A DNA stretch of 64,000 nt from Lytechinus pictus (Eukaryota): NCBI RefSeq assembly GCF_037042905.1, contig NC_087245.1, positions 8,432,001-8,496,000 on the forward strand. The letters run 5' to 3'. The notes under the pieces are model-generated. The model did no database searches and was not told the DNA's origin. It saw only the letters and a program-made list of their open reading frames with translations. Each line of letters begins with the position of its first letter. Within the stretch, counting starts at the first letter, position 1. Positions 39,701 to 54,700 of the stretch are shown here, in pieces. Made by a program: the position numbers and the translations under genes.

Positions 39701-42700
39701 AAATAGTAAGCCATGAATAAAAAATAATCTTTACTATCAACTTTTTCTCTTTTAATTAGATGTGGCGGATGGTAGTAACTGGAAAATAATCATTAACTGT
39801 TGTTAACTGGTGTAAAAGAAATTTTTCCAAATATTTTTTTGTTTTATAAATATTGTACGCAAAGCCCCCCTCTCAAATTGCAAAATAATAGGAGATATTA
39901 CAGATTACCAGTTATGATGTGTGTCTCTACCCTCTAGCCTTAACAAGTAACCAATAAGACTTGTACCATATCTTGTAATAAAATAATTATATTCGCTTAC
40001 AAAAAGTGGACGAAACTGTCATGTCCGTTACGCTTCATGTGTCATGTCCGTTACGCTACATTTTGAGCTATGAATACAGAATGCACTGTAAAACTTTTGT
40101 TAAACACCATTTTATGGATAGAGCATGATCTTAAGGTTAAATTAACACCAGCGTCAGGTGCATGCAATCTAAGAATTCACAGGAATTTTGATAAGCAATA
40201 GGAGGTAAAAATGCTTCGTCCATTTCGTGTCATGTCCGTTACGCTGACAAAGAGTGCAATTTCTCCGCAACTGTTCAACGAAACGATTTGAAATTTCATG
40301 TGTATGTAACTGATACTTAAATGTGTCTGATAAGCTCAGTAGCAATTATCAAAAGACTGCTAATTCTACTGTATAAACCTTTGAATTACAAAAATTTGTC
40401 TGAACGTCATGTCCGTTACGCTGGAATTGCCCAATTGCAATGTTGAATTCACCGTGAATGTGAGTGCACTGAGTACTTATCAACTACAAAATAATTATAT
40501 TTTAATCCCTGCATAACTTTAATTTCATAATTAATAAGTAAAAATTTTGATACAATTGGGCAAACATATGGATCTAACAAACTTTACGTCATACTTGACA
40601 CTATTACTGCCTTTTCTTTTGAAGTAGACTTTTAAGAAATAAGATGAAATGAGGAAGGCATATTAAAATATTTTTTGTGAATTGCTTGAACCAGCGAATT
40701 TCAGCTTCCATTGTGTTATCAATTTAACTGGACTCAGTAGGAGATTTCTTTTCAATTTCAAGTTACAAATTTGGTAGAAATTTAAGTGCTCAGAATAAAT
40801 TTCTATGAAGTTGATATATAAATTCCTTTGGACTGAATCTTAGTTCCATCGCTAGATCATACAAACCTTATTGTAGCTGTCCATACAGGTACTAAAACCA
40901 TTCCAGCAAAGGTGAGAAGAAGAAATGTGACTAAAAAGAAGGGGCGAGTAGAACTGCAGAAGATGTAGCACTTTCCAGGCTTAGCAGTTCCAAGTCCTGG
41001 TCCAGAGTTGTTCCTGATACAAGAACAGTCATCATATTGCTGGGAAGGGAAAACAAGTGCATAAGGATCAACATCATTCAGGGCAGGAAAAATTAAGAAT
41101 ATGTTGAACAACATAAATGATGAAAATCGAAGCAAAAAAGCATAAAAAATAATTGCCACTTATTGGTCGGCCTGAACACCTTGCAAAGGTGCATATACAA
41201 ACACATAGAATAGCTGGAAATACCGCCGAATGAAATGAATAACCCTGCCTGTAGTTACTAACATCATGAGTCATTAAATTAAACAGAAAAGAAATTGTTC
41301 AATTTGCACTAACCCTCCTACATGTATGAATCACTGCTATATTATATGTCTTGCAAATCTTCGACAATAGACAAAATTGTATGCTGCATTTAAATGAACT
41401 GCTAAAAAATAAGGAACTGGTTCAATCTGGAATATATTCTTGATTCATTGCCATTATCATGGCAATTAGTTCCTGAAAATTGTAATATACATTGCTCATG
41501 TTCACCACAAAACCAGATGTTAAAACACACTCCCTATTTCGTAAGTATTCTATCAAATGAACACTCTAATATGTTATTTTGCCCTAGAAAAATGTAAGAA
41601 ATAGTTTGACTCCTAATATTTAAAATTGTCATCATCACACAGAGTTTCTATACAATCAAATCTATTAATATTGATAATCTAAAATTTCATACATTGTGTG
41701 ACATCACATCATCACATCACATCACTTCACATCAATGCACCAATACAGCTCATAATAACAACATGCCTTCTTTATCAGCCCTTTCAGTAAGATCTCAGGA
41801 GGGCAAGGCAATTTTTAAGGGCACTCTAAAAATTGCCTTTGATTTTTTTTTTAATGAAGGGCATCAAGGCAATTTTGCAAATTCTTTAGGGCACCAAGGC
41901 AGTTTTTAAAATTCAGAAGGGCACTAAGGCAATTTACCGATTGTATACTGACATGTGACTTTTTATGTTCAAAAGAACATAATATAGTAGATTATCTTAT
42001 AATGATGACAAATGTACATAAACGTACAAAGATACATGTATCATTAACCTGTCAGCATGATTAATAAGGAAAAAAAAAGAAGAAAAATCAACATGGATCT
42101 AATATGGATTATGGATCATTGTACACAACTAGAATGTTACTGAAGCCCCATTTGACTTTCTCTCTTTCATGGAGATAGATGTTGATTGAGATACTAGGAT
42201 ACTAGTCGATGAAAACATTTGACCAATCATCACAGCGAGCGATATACAGTATACGTGACGTACCTTTGCACTTTTCGTTTCTTGAAAATAAATCTGTTTT
42301 TATCATTACAAAGATGAATTTGTTTTAAAAAAATCAATTCAAATATTTTGAAATAAAATTTAATAATTTTAACAACCTCTTGTTTATTTGGAACCTTTAA
42401 TTTGATTTTTAAAATTCCATCAATAATAGAGTGTCGAGATCGAGCCTAGACATTGGATGGTTATCAGTACGGTTATGTGTGCGATACTTGGGCTTGGGGT
42501 CCAACTCAAAACATTACAATGTCATCTCCGTTAATGCATTGCGCACCTCGATCGAAAGTAATTAACGTGGTTCAATTTCCAAGATGATCCACGTGTGCAC
42601 GCTATTTGCGCTAGTGAATCTTACCCCGGCCGAGTTTCCGTGGTGATTTATGTGGATTATGGATATACGGAAATCCAATTTAGGATTCGATAGCGCGACC

Positions 42701-45700
42701 ATTGGATTTTCATATTTTTAACAGAGCCGCCTGCACGAACCAGCGCGGATGGGCAGTGGGGAGTGTTTACGTCTGCTAAGTATCAAATCGTATGGTAATT
42801 TGGTCATGTCATGACTTCAGTTCGATTTAGTTAGATCTATTTACAATTGTGAGAATTCAGGTTTGGAGTTTTGGAGAGCTTGAGAATGAGAGGGCACCGA
42901 CGGCGGTTTGATAAAAGGGCACGGCAATGGACCGCCGTCGGTGAAGGGGACAACTGCTAAGATCGGTTACTGCGAGGGCTGTTCTTTATGATTTTGATAA
43001 GAACTGAAACAAAAGTGATAATAGTAAAAATAGAAACCACAATCAGCAAAAGTTTTTAATTTCTGCACCACACCTATCAACATAAAGAAATTACATTTTC
43101 TAATAAAACAATGGTAAATAAAAAGACCAAACTTCATCTAGAACAAAAAGTACAAAATAGGCTTTCTTACCAAAACATTATTGCTTTCTGACTGCTCGAA
43201 ACAGCCTGCATGGCAAGCTGAGTAGTAAAGAACATTATCACTGCCGCAAACAGGTTCAAAGCTTCTTTCACAATTACATTCCTTGTTACACATTGCTGTG
43301 ATATTGTGATGCAAAGCAAGGTCTTCCGAGCTGAAATATAATTGAATAATAAGGGCATTGTTGAAGAGAGGGAAGGAGGGGGAGGAGTAAAGTCAAAATA
43401 TGTAATGATATATTTAATACTATTGCTTTATTTTAAAGCATGCTAATCCTGAAATTATTAAAAATGTTCTGAATTTCTTACTTTGGAAAGCCAAACTACT
43501 TGTTAGACCACTTGTCAGGTTTATGCTTTGTGGCAGTTATATATAAATATCCAATCAGAAAGGAAAAGAAATTAAAAAAATATCAGCAAATATTAGCCCT
43601 TCTTCTTAACCTTGGATTTGAAATGCATGCATTCATTATAATAGCTAAAAAATGCCCTGCTGATATTTTTAGGTGAAGTGAGTAACTTAGTGAGGCAAAT
43701 AGTATTTTTTTTAGAAAGAGAAATCCCTTTTATTGCTTTATAATAAAGAAAGTTATTACTATCATAACCTTTGTAAGACACTCAATACTGTTCAGTTGTT
43801 TAGAATTCTAAAAAAAATTTGTATATCCTATATATTCATGTATGAAACATAGTGAAATTACATAATATAATCTTGATCACAAATTGCAATCATTTGATGA
43901 GAAAATGATGATAAATGATCTTGTTCTTAAAGTACTTAACAAGCAAATTAAATATCAAAATCTGATGATAATAGGAACATGACTGTAGAGAACTGACCTA
44001 TTCAGGTAGGGTACTGTCACACCGGCCATGGGGACATTGGGACACTTCAGCAAGAAGGTACAGGAAGCTCCTAGGCATCCTACAGTACATATGATGGCAA
44101 AGACAATAAGACCTTTGAACTTAAGATCAAATCTCTTGATGACCCAACCTCCAATCAAAGCACCAGTCACCATCCCAGTCATCGACAAAAGACCTAGAAA
44201 AATGAGAAGTGGAGTGAATGAAAATAGACTTTTTTTTTTGTGGGGGGGGGGGGGTTACCCTTCTACAGCATTCCTTTATTGAAAATCAATATAATTTTTA
44301 GCACAGTATTGAATAATCAACACAGTATATGTCACAAAATTTAAACATAATTATTCAGTATTCCATGAAATTGTCATATCATTTGTAAAGAAAACAAACT
44401 TTCAAGGTGTAAAAGAGAAAAAACAAATCCATACAAGTACTAGAAATAGATTCATACAGAGAGACTTGGTGTAGCAAAGTAAAAACTGACCACCTTTTAG
44501 AGAATTTATTTTCCTTGATTTGTTTTATATATACTTTTCCATATCATAATACAATTTTATTTCTAACATATAATTGATTTGTTGTGCACTGTTTGATAAA
44601 ACCTTGCCTTAGGGAAATGGGTGGTCTCTACAATGTGATAAGGGAATTCATTGAAAACAGTAATGATAATTATGGAACCTCGTCAATGTCAGAGTAACGT
44701 CTCTCCTGCATGGAACCTGCAAGCGACTTTTCAATGTATACCAATTATCACATATCACCATAAACAAGGCAATGGGAAATTCGGGAAAGCCACTGTGAAA
44801 AGATGCATAGTGCCTTTACAGTAGCATTCCTGCTATAAAAAAAGATGCAGTATAGACTTTTAACAAGGTGCCTATCCTGTTCTTGTTTCTTACAATGAGC
44901 TGACATTTACATTCACTTCTCAAGGACTTTTTAAGCTTCAACAGCTGTATATAGCATCTCACAGCATTCAAGAAATGAATCTTGATGATAATCCATAAGA
45001 ACACAGTTGCATTAGCCCCTGTGCTGTATACATCACTCAATACAATACCGAAATACCCACTTAGACAAGCCTGCACTAAAGGGATTCCAACTTTCAAAAT
45101 CACAGAGCAGGGATTTATCCTAATCCATAGCTCCAAGAATGGACAGACAAGAATAAGTTGTACAATCTAAAATGGTCATACCATGTAACAATAAAAATGA
45201 CATACAGTGGTGCAAATTAGTTAGTGAACCCCACCAGAAAATGAACATATTTTAATTTGTTCAGGTTCTGCCATCTTTTAGATATTTAATTGTGAAATCA
45301 GGTGATAAAATATTACATTCAATAAAGTTTGTTTTTCAGGGCTTACCGAACATTTTGTTGTTGTTGTCTACATTCAACACTCAACATGAAGGAGCGCATT
45401 TTCTGGTGGGGTTCACTAACTCTTTAGCACCACTGTAGATAATACCAAATCAAGACTATTCTTACCAGTATAGAATGCAGCATCACTAGAATTAATATTC
45501 AGCTGAGATTCCAAATACTTTGGCCCAAATACAGACAGTCCTGAGGCAAAGAACCATTCACATATGGTGAAGAAACACACGCATATGAAAGGAATATTTG
45601 TGATGAGATTGAGGACTGCCCTTGGAAATGCTTGAAGACGCTTCTTCCAACCTTGCCCAGACTCAAACTCTTGGCCCCGCTGAACTTCACTTTTTCTCTT

Positions 45701-48700
45701 GCTTGCGATTTCTCTTGATCCTGTGATAAAAAGTACATTATTTCTTATATCAAAGGGAATGGACAGTGGCATCTACAGTAATATCCAATTACAAAGTAAG
45801 TGCTCAAATGGCTATTGTGAATGAACATACCAAGTTTAAATTCTAATGGGTAACAAGTGGAATGCCTCTGGCGGTCTCACCTGCATCACGCGATTAAATA
45901 TAGCAGCAGTGCTGACTTTGAAAACTACTACTATAAAATAATTATTCACAAAAAACACAATTCATATAATGATACAATACTACATTCATTGACATTTGAC
46001 CTTCATCTTGTGACCTAAAACTTGTCAGTGATACTTGATTACCCCTATATCCACATTTTATACACTATATCTATAAACTTTGAAAATTATGACAGCAATC
46101 TTTTAATTACCTCTAAAATGGCCAAAGTTCAATGACCTTAAATGGCCTTTGACTTTGGTCATGTGACCTGAAACTCACATGAGATGTTCAGTGGGATACT
46201 TGACGACTCTAACGTCCAAGTTTCATGAATCAGATCCATAAACTTTCAAAGTTATGATGGTAATTCAACAGATACCCCCCACATGGCCAAAGTTCATCGA
46301 CCTTTGACGTTGGTTACGTGACCTGATATTTGCACAGGATGTTCAGTGATACTTGATTACTCTTTTGTCCAAGTTTTATGAACTAGACCAATAAAATTTC
46401 AAAGTTATGATTGTAATTCAACAAATACCCCCAATTTGGCCAAAGTTCATTGACCCTAAATGACCTTTGACCTTGGTCATGTGATGTGAAACTCATGCAA
46501 AATGTTCAGTTATAGTTGATTAACCTTATGTCTAAGTTTCATGAACTAGGTCCATATATTTTCTAAGTTATGATGACATTTCAAAAACTTAACCTTAGGT
46601 TAAGATTTTGATGTTGATTCCCCCAACATGGTCTAAGCTCATTGACCCTAAATGACCTTTGACCTTGGTCATGTGACCTGAAACTCAGGCAGGATGTTCA
46701 GTAATACTTGATTAACCTTATGGCTACGTTTCATGAACTAGGTCCATACACTTTCTAAGTTATGCTGTAATTTCAAAAACTTAACCTTTGGTTAAGATTT
46801 GGTGTTGACGCCGCCGCCGCTGTTGGAAAAGCGGCGCCTATAGTCTCACTCTGCTATTATGCAGGCGAGACAAAAATTAAGAAAATAACTACCCTTTTGT
46901 AATATTGTAATGTTTTATCATACTTGAGTGTAGTTCACATTACTGACCCTTTACCAAAGCTTTAGACAGGCTTTAAAGATAATTCAAATTTAACATACCG
47001 GTATCCTAGTCTGAAAGCATTTGTAGACTCATAACCAACCACATATATATGCGCAAGGATAAAGGGGTCAGTGCAAAATGTTAAAGATGTCCGATCACTA
47101 CCTAAACATTTTTTATGGAGTCCAATATACTCACCAGGTAATGCTCTAGGATAGCCAAGCATGAGAAGAGAGATAACAAATAGAAGGCTGCCATTGATGA
47201 GAAATCCCAACCACCAAGCCCCTACCCAAGTCGGGTTGTTAGGAGATACTAATGCACTGTAGAGAAACAGATACAAAAGTGCATGATTCAGATAGTCATC
47301 AAAGTTTTCACGGCAATGTGATCTTAATTAATACCCGTACCTCTTATAACAAAGAACTGTTTTAAAACTCATAAAAATATACACATTTAAAAGATATTTA
47401 TCATGAAACAGGTCTTTCTTACTTGGCATTAAAATGAGATAAAAATCAAATATCATGCCCTTTGATATACAAAGTTTTAGAGTCATATTGTAATACCAAA
47501 AGAATAACATAATACGAATCTGAAGACAGAAATTTATAACAAATAGAAGATAGCATTTAAACAACCTGAAAAGCTTCCACCAACCCTTATATACCTGTGT
47601 AATTTTTCATTATGTGGGTTCAGTGTAATAACTTCAAGTGCTAATGAAATCATACTTGCAAACATGATAAAAATTATATTCAGCGTTCAAATTGCATTAT
47701 TTCATAATGCCTCTCGATTTGTCCTCCCATGTTTGTTTGAATGTGTTGGTCCTATGGTTTTCATAATAACTTTGTCATGAATTATCATTCATGACATGAA
47801 AATATATTGAATAGTGTTGGACTATCATATCTGAAAAAATTTAGTTGCACAATAAGTCCAAAATCATATCCCTAACCCATTCTACAAATAAACCAAAATA
47901 CTATATTTCAAGTTCAGTGCACAAAACATGTTTCTCTCTAGAGACTGTGGACTGCCCCTCCCTCAACCATTTTTTAAAGCTGCTTTCATGAGCAGTGTGG
48001 CAAATTTGAACACCTATATTATCATGTTTGATATATATTTGCAGACATGATACAGTATCTATTCAGCTTCTTCAAATTGGTTAGGCCGAGATATCAAATG
48101 GTAAACAAAGATTTTTTTTAATGAAGTGTTAACAAACCAGTAATATGGTATGTTGGGAGTTTTCAAACCAAATGACTTCACTTATCAAAGTCCAATATAT
48201 TGAATTCATTTAACATCCACCAAAGATGAACAACAAACATAAGATTTTTACCTGTCCATGACATGGAAGTCTGTGTAAATCCTGAGATAAACTCCTCCTA
48301 GTGCATACCCTATGGCTGGTCCAGCTGCATTCACAGCATTAAAGATACCTGGAATATCACAAAAGGCCACTCTCATACATCCATATTTATATAAGAGTAT
48401 TTCATAGCACTTTTCAATACATAAGTTTACTCATGAAAATTTTCTCTCAACAAATTCTTCTTAGTTATGAAAACATAGACACAATTACTTCAAATAGCTT
48501 AGGAGAAATTGAATTAACATTGTTTTAAAGCAGATCACTGGAAAGTATTCTATTCATTAAATGGCAATAAAAAGAGTCGGTAGATTAAATGTTATTTGTA
48601 TAGACAAAGCATGATGCATAGGGGCATTTTCACGGTAACTGACATTACACGGCACAATGTTTTCACACCTTTCATTGTGTGTATCTCTAAAACAACAAAT

Positions 48701-51700
48701 GATGGGAGTTTGCTTTTGATAGAGTTAATAAAGTGAACCTTGCTGTATACTCTGATACTAAGTTTTCCTACGTAACCACATTTTTTTACGCATCAGCAAG
48801 CAAAAATGTGTTGGTAACTGACATTACGCAAAAGGACATGCAATTTCAGGGTGTTCATTGAAATTTAAATATCTCATGTCCCTGAGTAGATAGAGTAATA
48901 ATTTGAATATGTAAATATACCTCCGTTACTAGGTTAAGATGTGTCAAAATATTAAACAATTCGTTTTTGTCTTTTGGGGGCTATGATAATTTTTCCACAA
49001 CCATGCTGGTAACTGACATTACGGTAACTGACATTACACTTAATATGCCATAGAGATAACACATGGAAGTCAAATGTGTGGAATCATTGCATTGTATCTT
49101 CTGTGCAGGGCTTCACCTGAAAGTGAGCTTGATGTGGAAGTATACCCAAGTTTCTAGGAACATTTCAATGAAAAAACTTTTTCTTTTTCTTAATTCCTTT
49201 CTTTGATTTGAACATTTTTATCATTACTCGGTAACTGACAATACACATTAACATTTACCAGTGCTATATGATTTTCAAAAGCATAATTTTCTTGGTACTT
49301 ATATGCAAGGCTTTTTAAAATCATAAAAGTTTCATAATACTTCACATTTTTAATTATCAAAAGATAAGAAATGTATGTTTTACTTACTAGGGGGGGGGGT
49401 CATAGCAGCTACATGTTTTCCTATAGTAATTTAATATTGCATTGACTGTACACATGGATTTTTCTGACTATACACCCATAATATATTCATCAGTTTTATA
49501 TTGACCTTTTAAACCTTTTCCTTCTCCAACCTCCCCCTCCCCTCAAAAAAGGTAAAATGAATAAGGGTCTCCTCCCCTAGGCTTCACGTACCCCTCCCCC
49601 GAATCTCATGCAGCCATGTAGTTTTATTGATTTCTATTCTGGTCAGTACAAGCAATGCTTGTTCATATCTGTCTAATTTCAATTCTCTTCATAATTTGTT
49701 TAATCATTTTCTTTGCTAATTTCTTTTTTAAGCTGTCAACAAAAAATAAACTCCAGCTTCTAAACTGAAACTGAACTATTTGTAAATTAGAAACACAGTT
49801 TTACTAGATCCATGCAACATTGATCAGAACTGTCAAATTTCACTTTTCATCTATACTTGTAAACCAAAAACAAAATTGTATCACACATCCACATACTAAC
49901 AGGTATAAAAACCAGGAATTTACTTTTAGCGAGGCAATGCTCAAAAGAATCCTAGAAACTAAAAAAGGGACCCTGGAAATCCCCTTCATCACAATGTTAA
50001 GCTTAAAAAATGTTGCAGATTTAGGCAATAGGTTGGGAAAAAAAAAACCTACCCCCCCCCCCCCCCCGAAAACCAAACAAAAAATTGTCTGATACAAACA
50101 ATTAGGTACTTGGTAAGCGCATGTACAAAACAATTTCATAGTAATTTTTTTTTGCACAATGGGAATGCAATTTCCTTCATAATTTCATATAGTATTCCTT
50201 GTGAACTATACCTTTTAAAAGTCAATAGCAAGCTCCTTCTGGTGTGACTTTTAAAGTGAAAGACTTAAATAACAAGTATACAATATTTCTTCACCATAAA
50301 ATTGACCACATATTTGCATTTCAATATTGGTAACCAACGTTTTATCATGGTAACTGACATTACATCTCGGTAACTGACATTACATTTTCCACTTGGTAAC
50401 TGACATTACATATATTTAATGGTACCCTATGGCTTCATTGTTAATTGGTAATCTTTAATTTTGGTGTAGAAGGGAGGGGTGTTACCTAGAGAGGAAATCT
50501 ACCAAGTTTCATATAATATATCCTCTTTTCCAGGAAATGAGAAAAAAAAGTTCATGTTTTCGGTAACTGACATTACATACCATATCACATACTTCATCAA
50601 TGTTTTTTTATCAGATGAATAAATTACTGGTGTTTCTTTCTGTGGGATTTTAAAAAGTGTTATAATAGCAAGCTAAATCACAGGCGAAAACAACATGATC
50701 AAACCTGTTCTTTAAAAATCTGTCAAAACAAAATATGTATCAATATACTATTTTCAACACTAATTTGTATCCATACTTTGGCAGCCATTTTGAAATAAAA
50801 ATGGCTGCCAGAGTCTGAATTTTTTTTTGTCTCAGTAACTTCAGGTCTTGTTTTATTAAAAAACATAAAGCATTTGACATGAATATCAACTTGATTTTTT
50901 TGCCAGAGCTGTGTCCATCTGTGGTGAAAATGCCCATAGAAGGATATTATACTGACAAATGTGGATCAATCTCATTTACAGGCTCACATTCATATCATAA
51001 TTTCCATTTCAGGGCCAATATATTAAAAAGGGGGGGGGTCACCTCCATTGAAGCATGGACAGCATCCCTAAAGGGAAAAAATAAATAAATAAAATGCGTA
51101 GGTTTTCGTGAGTGGGTGCAGAACATGAATATAGTCCTACAAATTACAAAAATGAAGAAAATGCCCCCTAAATCAGTGGGTTAGTCTAAAATGATAGGGT
51201 TTGCACTGATCTGCTGTGGGACCTATTGTAACAGATCCATGAACAGAAAATCTTATTTAGGGTCCTTTTTTTGCCATGATGCTTGCAGATGCTGTCTACT
51301 CTTCAATGAAAATACCCCCCCCCCCCCCGCATTACAAATATAATTTACTTCCTTACCCAGGTAAAAACCAAAATCTTTAGCATGAAGATTCTCATCCATA
51401 TAGGTTACACCAAGTGAGTAAAGGGGTGATGCTCCAATTCCATGAAGTACTTGTGCAAGAATGAATACCCAGTAAAATACAGCTAAACCAGATTCAACAC
51501 CATCTGAGCTGTTGCAACTATCCATTAACGTCACATTGTCAGAAAATTCATGACAAAGGGGATCTCGCGATTCATCTGCATCATACAGCCCTGTCATGAA
51601 ATGTGGGACTGCAAAGACTACAGATCCAAGGCTGAATATTACAGAACCTATTCCGATCCATCTTGGCTTATGACCCCGCTCACCAAGGTAGGTGACGAAA

Positions 51701-54700
51701 AGAGAGACAGAGAGAGCAGAGACATCATAGGCACTGGAAATGAAGCTACTCTGGAAGCTATCCAAGTTGAAACGATGTTCAAGTGTGGTGATACTGACGT
51801 ACACTAACCCAAATGCAGTCATGCCTTGGATCAGGGACAGCATACATAAGAACAAGAGATAGCCCTTGCGGTTGTTGAATATCTGGAAAATAAATAGGTC
51901 AAATGTAAATCTAAAGAATACGGAAATATGAACATGTGAACTTTTATTTTGTTTTTGCAGGTGACCATTAAATACAGACAATTACACAGCAAATCCTTTC
52001 TTAAAAAATTAAGACAAGAAAGAGAAAAGCAGGATGAAAACTCTTGGGGGAAAAGGAATACAGTAGGCCTATACAATTTTGAGTGTTGCATGTACTTCAC
52101 AGTCAAATATGTGAAAGAATTCTGCATATTGGAAGGATTTTCTATTCAAGAATGTCATTTGTGTTAAAATTGGCTTAAGAAAAATGAAAAAACACAATTG
52201 ACTAACACATGTTTTTTTTGGGACATGAACACAGCCTATACTCCTTTTACTGATCTACTTTAACGCACTACTGATCTTCTCACCTGAGCAAATGGAGGTG
52301 AATAACCAAACCAGCCACATCGCAAACGGTCTTCAGCATGTGAATGCACAATCTTTATGTGTTCAGAGCCGGCATCGCCAATCACTGTGCCAACAGCATC
52401 ACCAACAATTCCATCTTCTCCTTCTATCCTTTCACGGTCTCTATCCTCCCTTGCAGGAATCCGACCTTGTTCTCCTAGCTGGTCACTTCCACCGAAGACC
52501 AGTATAGCATCATCATCATCATCAACTACATCATAATCGCTGTTACCACTGTTGTTTCTGGAATCGTACCTTGCAATGCCCCCTGGCAATTTTCTGCTCC
52601 CTTGACTCAATGATTTAGTTGTTGGGCTCACTGACGTTGTTGTGCCATACTGTCTGTCTATCACCTCGTTGTGTAGTGGTTTGTTACCTGGAGACTGACT
52701 GATCATGCTGCCTTTGGGTTTCCAGTCATAGTCCTCATCTGTCAGTTTGTCATGTGCTTTTAAGGGCTCAATATCTGCCTCCACCACCTGAGAAATACAT
52801 TAGTTCAACAATGCTTTATACATTTAATGCAAATGAGGTAAAGCCATTTTTGTCTATGATAAGAGCCTCAGCCTGTGTACTATGTTTCCACCAATAGAGG
52901 GCCTCATAATATATGTTCAAAATTACAGCAGTTGAGAGTTCTGGCAAATAATAAAAAATGAATCCCCAATATAATGAAAAACAGAAAATAAATGAATGGA
53001 ATTGAGTAATATTTGATACAAAAGTAATAACTTTGCTTTACAGACATTTTTTTTAAACCTGTGATGTACATTGAGGAGCCAACACAGATAGGATGGTTGC
53101 AAGGGTATGGACCCACAGTGTCTACACTAAATATTTGTACACTGCATACAGCAATGCAAAATGAGAAGCTAAATTATGATGGCACCAAAAAATTCCTAAC
53201 TTGGCTATCATATATGTAAAATATAATAAATCATATATCATATGAAAGAGGGAAGTATAGCCATTGTTTTGCACTCAGTTAAAAATTGTCATTGGTCACG
53301 CATGAATGATTATGAATTATGAAATGCAATAATGCATATTTTCAGACCTTGCTGTGATCATTGAAGCATAGAACACAATGCTTCAATGATCATGACTTAT
53401 ATCCTATTTTTCCAAGAGATGAGATGATCTACTTTCATTTGACACACATTTGACATTCTTAATATTTCAGTCGGTAGGCCTACCGGGTATTACGGATTTC
53501 ATAAATGATTTAAAATGAATTGATGTCTGACTGCTAGCTAGAAATCTATATCAACTATGGCATATAGATCTACTGCATAGCCTAGGCTAGGCTAGGTCTA
53601 ACCACTTGTTCACTGCTACCACCCTAAATGAAGATCTAGATCTATTGAGTATATTATACAACACATAGATCCTTGACAGATGATTGGATGAAAGCGTGTC
53701 ACATGACATTCAGAGGAATCAGCTATAGCACGCTAAGATATGCTATCCGTGCTAGAGTCGACTATTGCACGCTCGTGCTATAGTCGACTATAGCACACTG
53801 AAGTAAATGAGCCAGCACTGCAAGATCCAGAGCACACTAAACCCATGGACAAGCATGCCCCGTACACATTAAGTGAATTAGCCTATATATGCGCATGTAT
53901 TCACTTTTTCGCATCTCGACCAGATCTCGACCGATCCGACGACTGTTTGCGGCACTGCGCATATTAGACCAAAAGCTTCGACCGTCTCTGTTATGTTGGT
54001 TGTTCAGCTGAACTCCGTTGGCTTCACTCACCAAATACAGAGACCGAAGTTCTAGCGCGATCTGTACAGGGGACTCAATGGCCATATGTTTATGTGTATT
54101 AAGTTTGGATAAAACAGGGCAGTGAAGTTGCGCGACAGCCAAGGTAAGTCACTGTTTTTGTTCCTTTTAACTTGATTTTCCCCGTTTTTTGGCAATTAAT
54201 GCCAAGAGGGAATATTAATTTGCATTTCGGTTGCGTTAATTTTCAAAAGTTTGATTCATTAAAGACAAAAATTGAAGAGCCCCGACGGGGAGATTTTGCA
54301 TTGTAAGTCCCCTAATGGTGGCTGCACGATAGCGAGCCGTCTGTGTATGAGGAGAAATTTAAAAAATTAAAAAATGTTAAAAAACTCCTCGAAACAGACG
54401 GCTGCCAGCTGTCTATGCGCATATACACTTTGCTAAGCTAGCTTAACATAATGCGCGTACATACGTTGCTAATTATTGCTAATCATTCCCAGGTTACGGC
54501 TGCCTGTACCTGGACGACATGCTTTAGCGTTTATGTGGGCTTTTTCTCATTAGGATTAAGAGTCTAGGACTTGATCATCATGGCTACCCCAAACTTTATT
54601 ATTGTTTCTTCGACTTAAGACTGTAAGTTGTCGGTGTTGTATAAAACAAATATTCAATGTTGAATTCGTGCGACGTTCCGAATATTACATTCGGTGCAAG

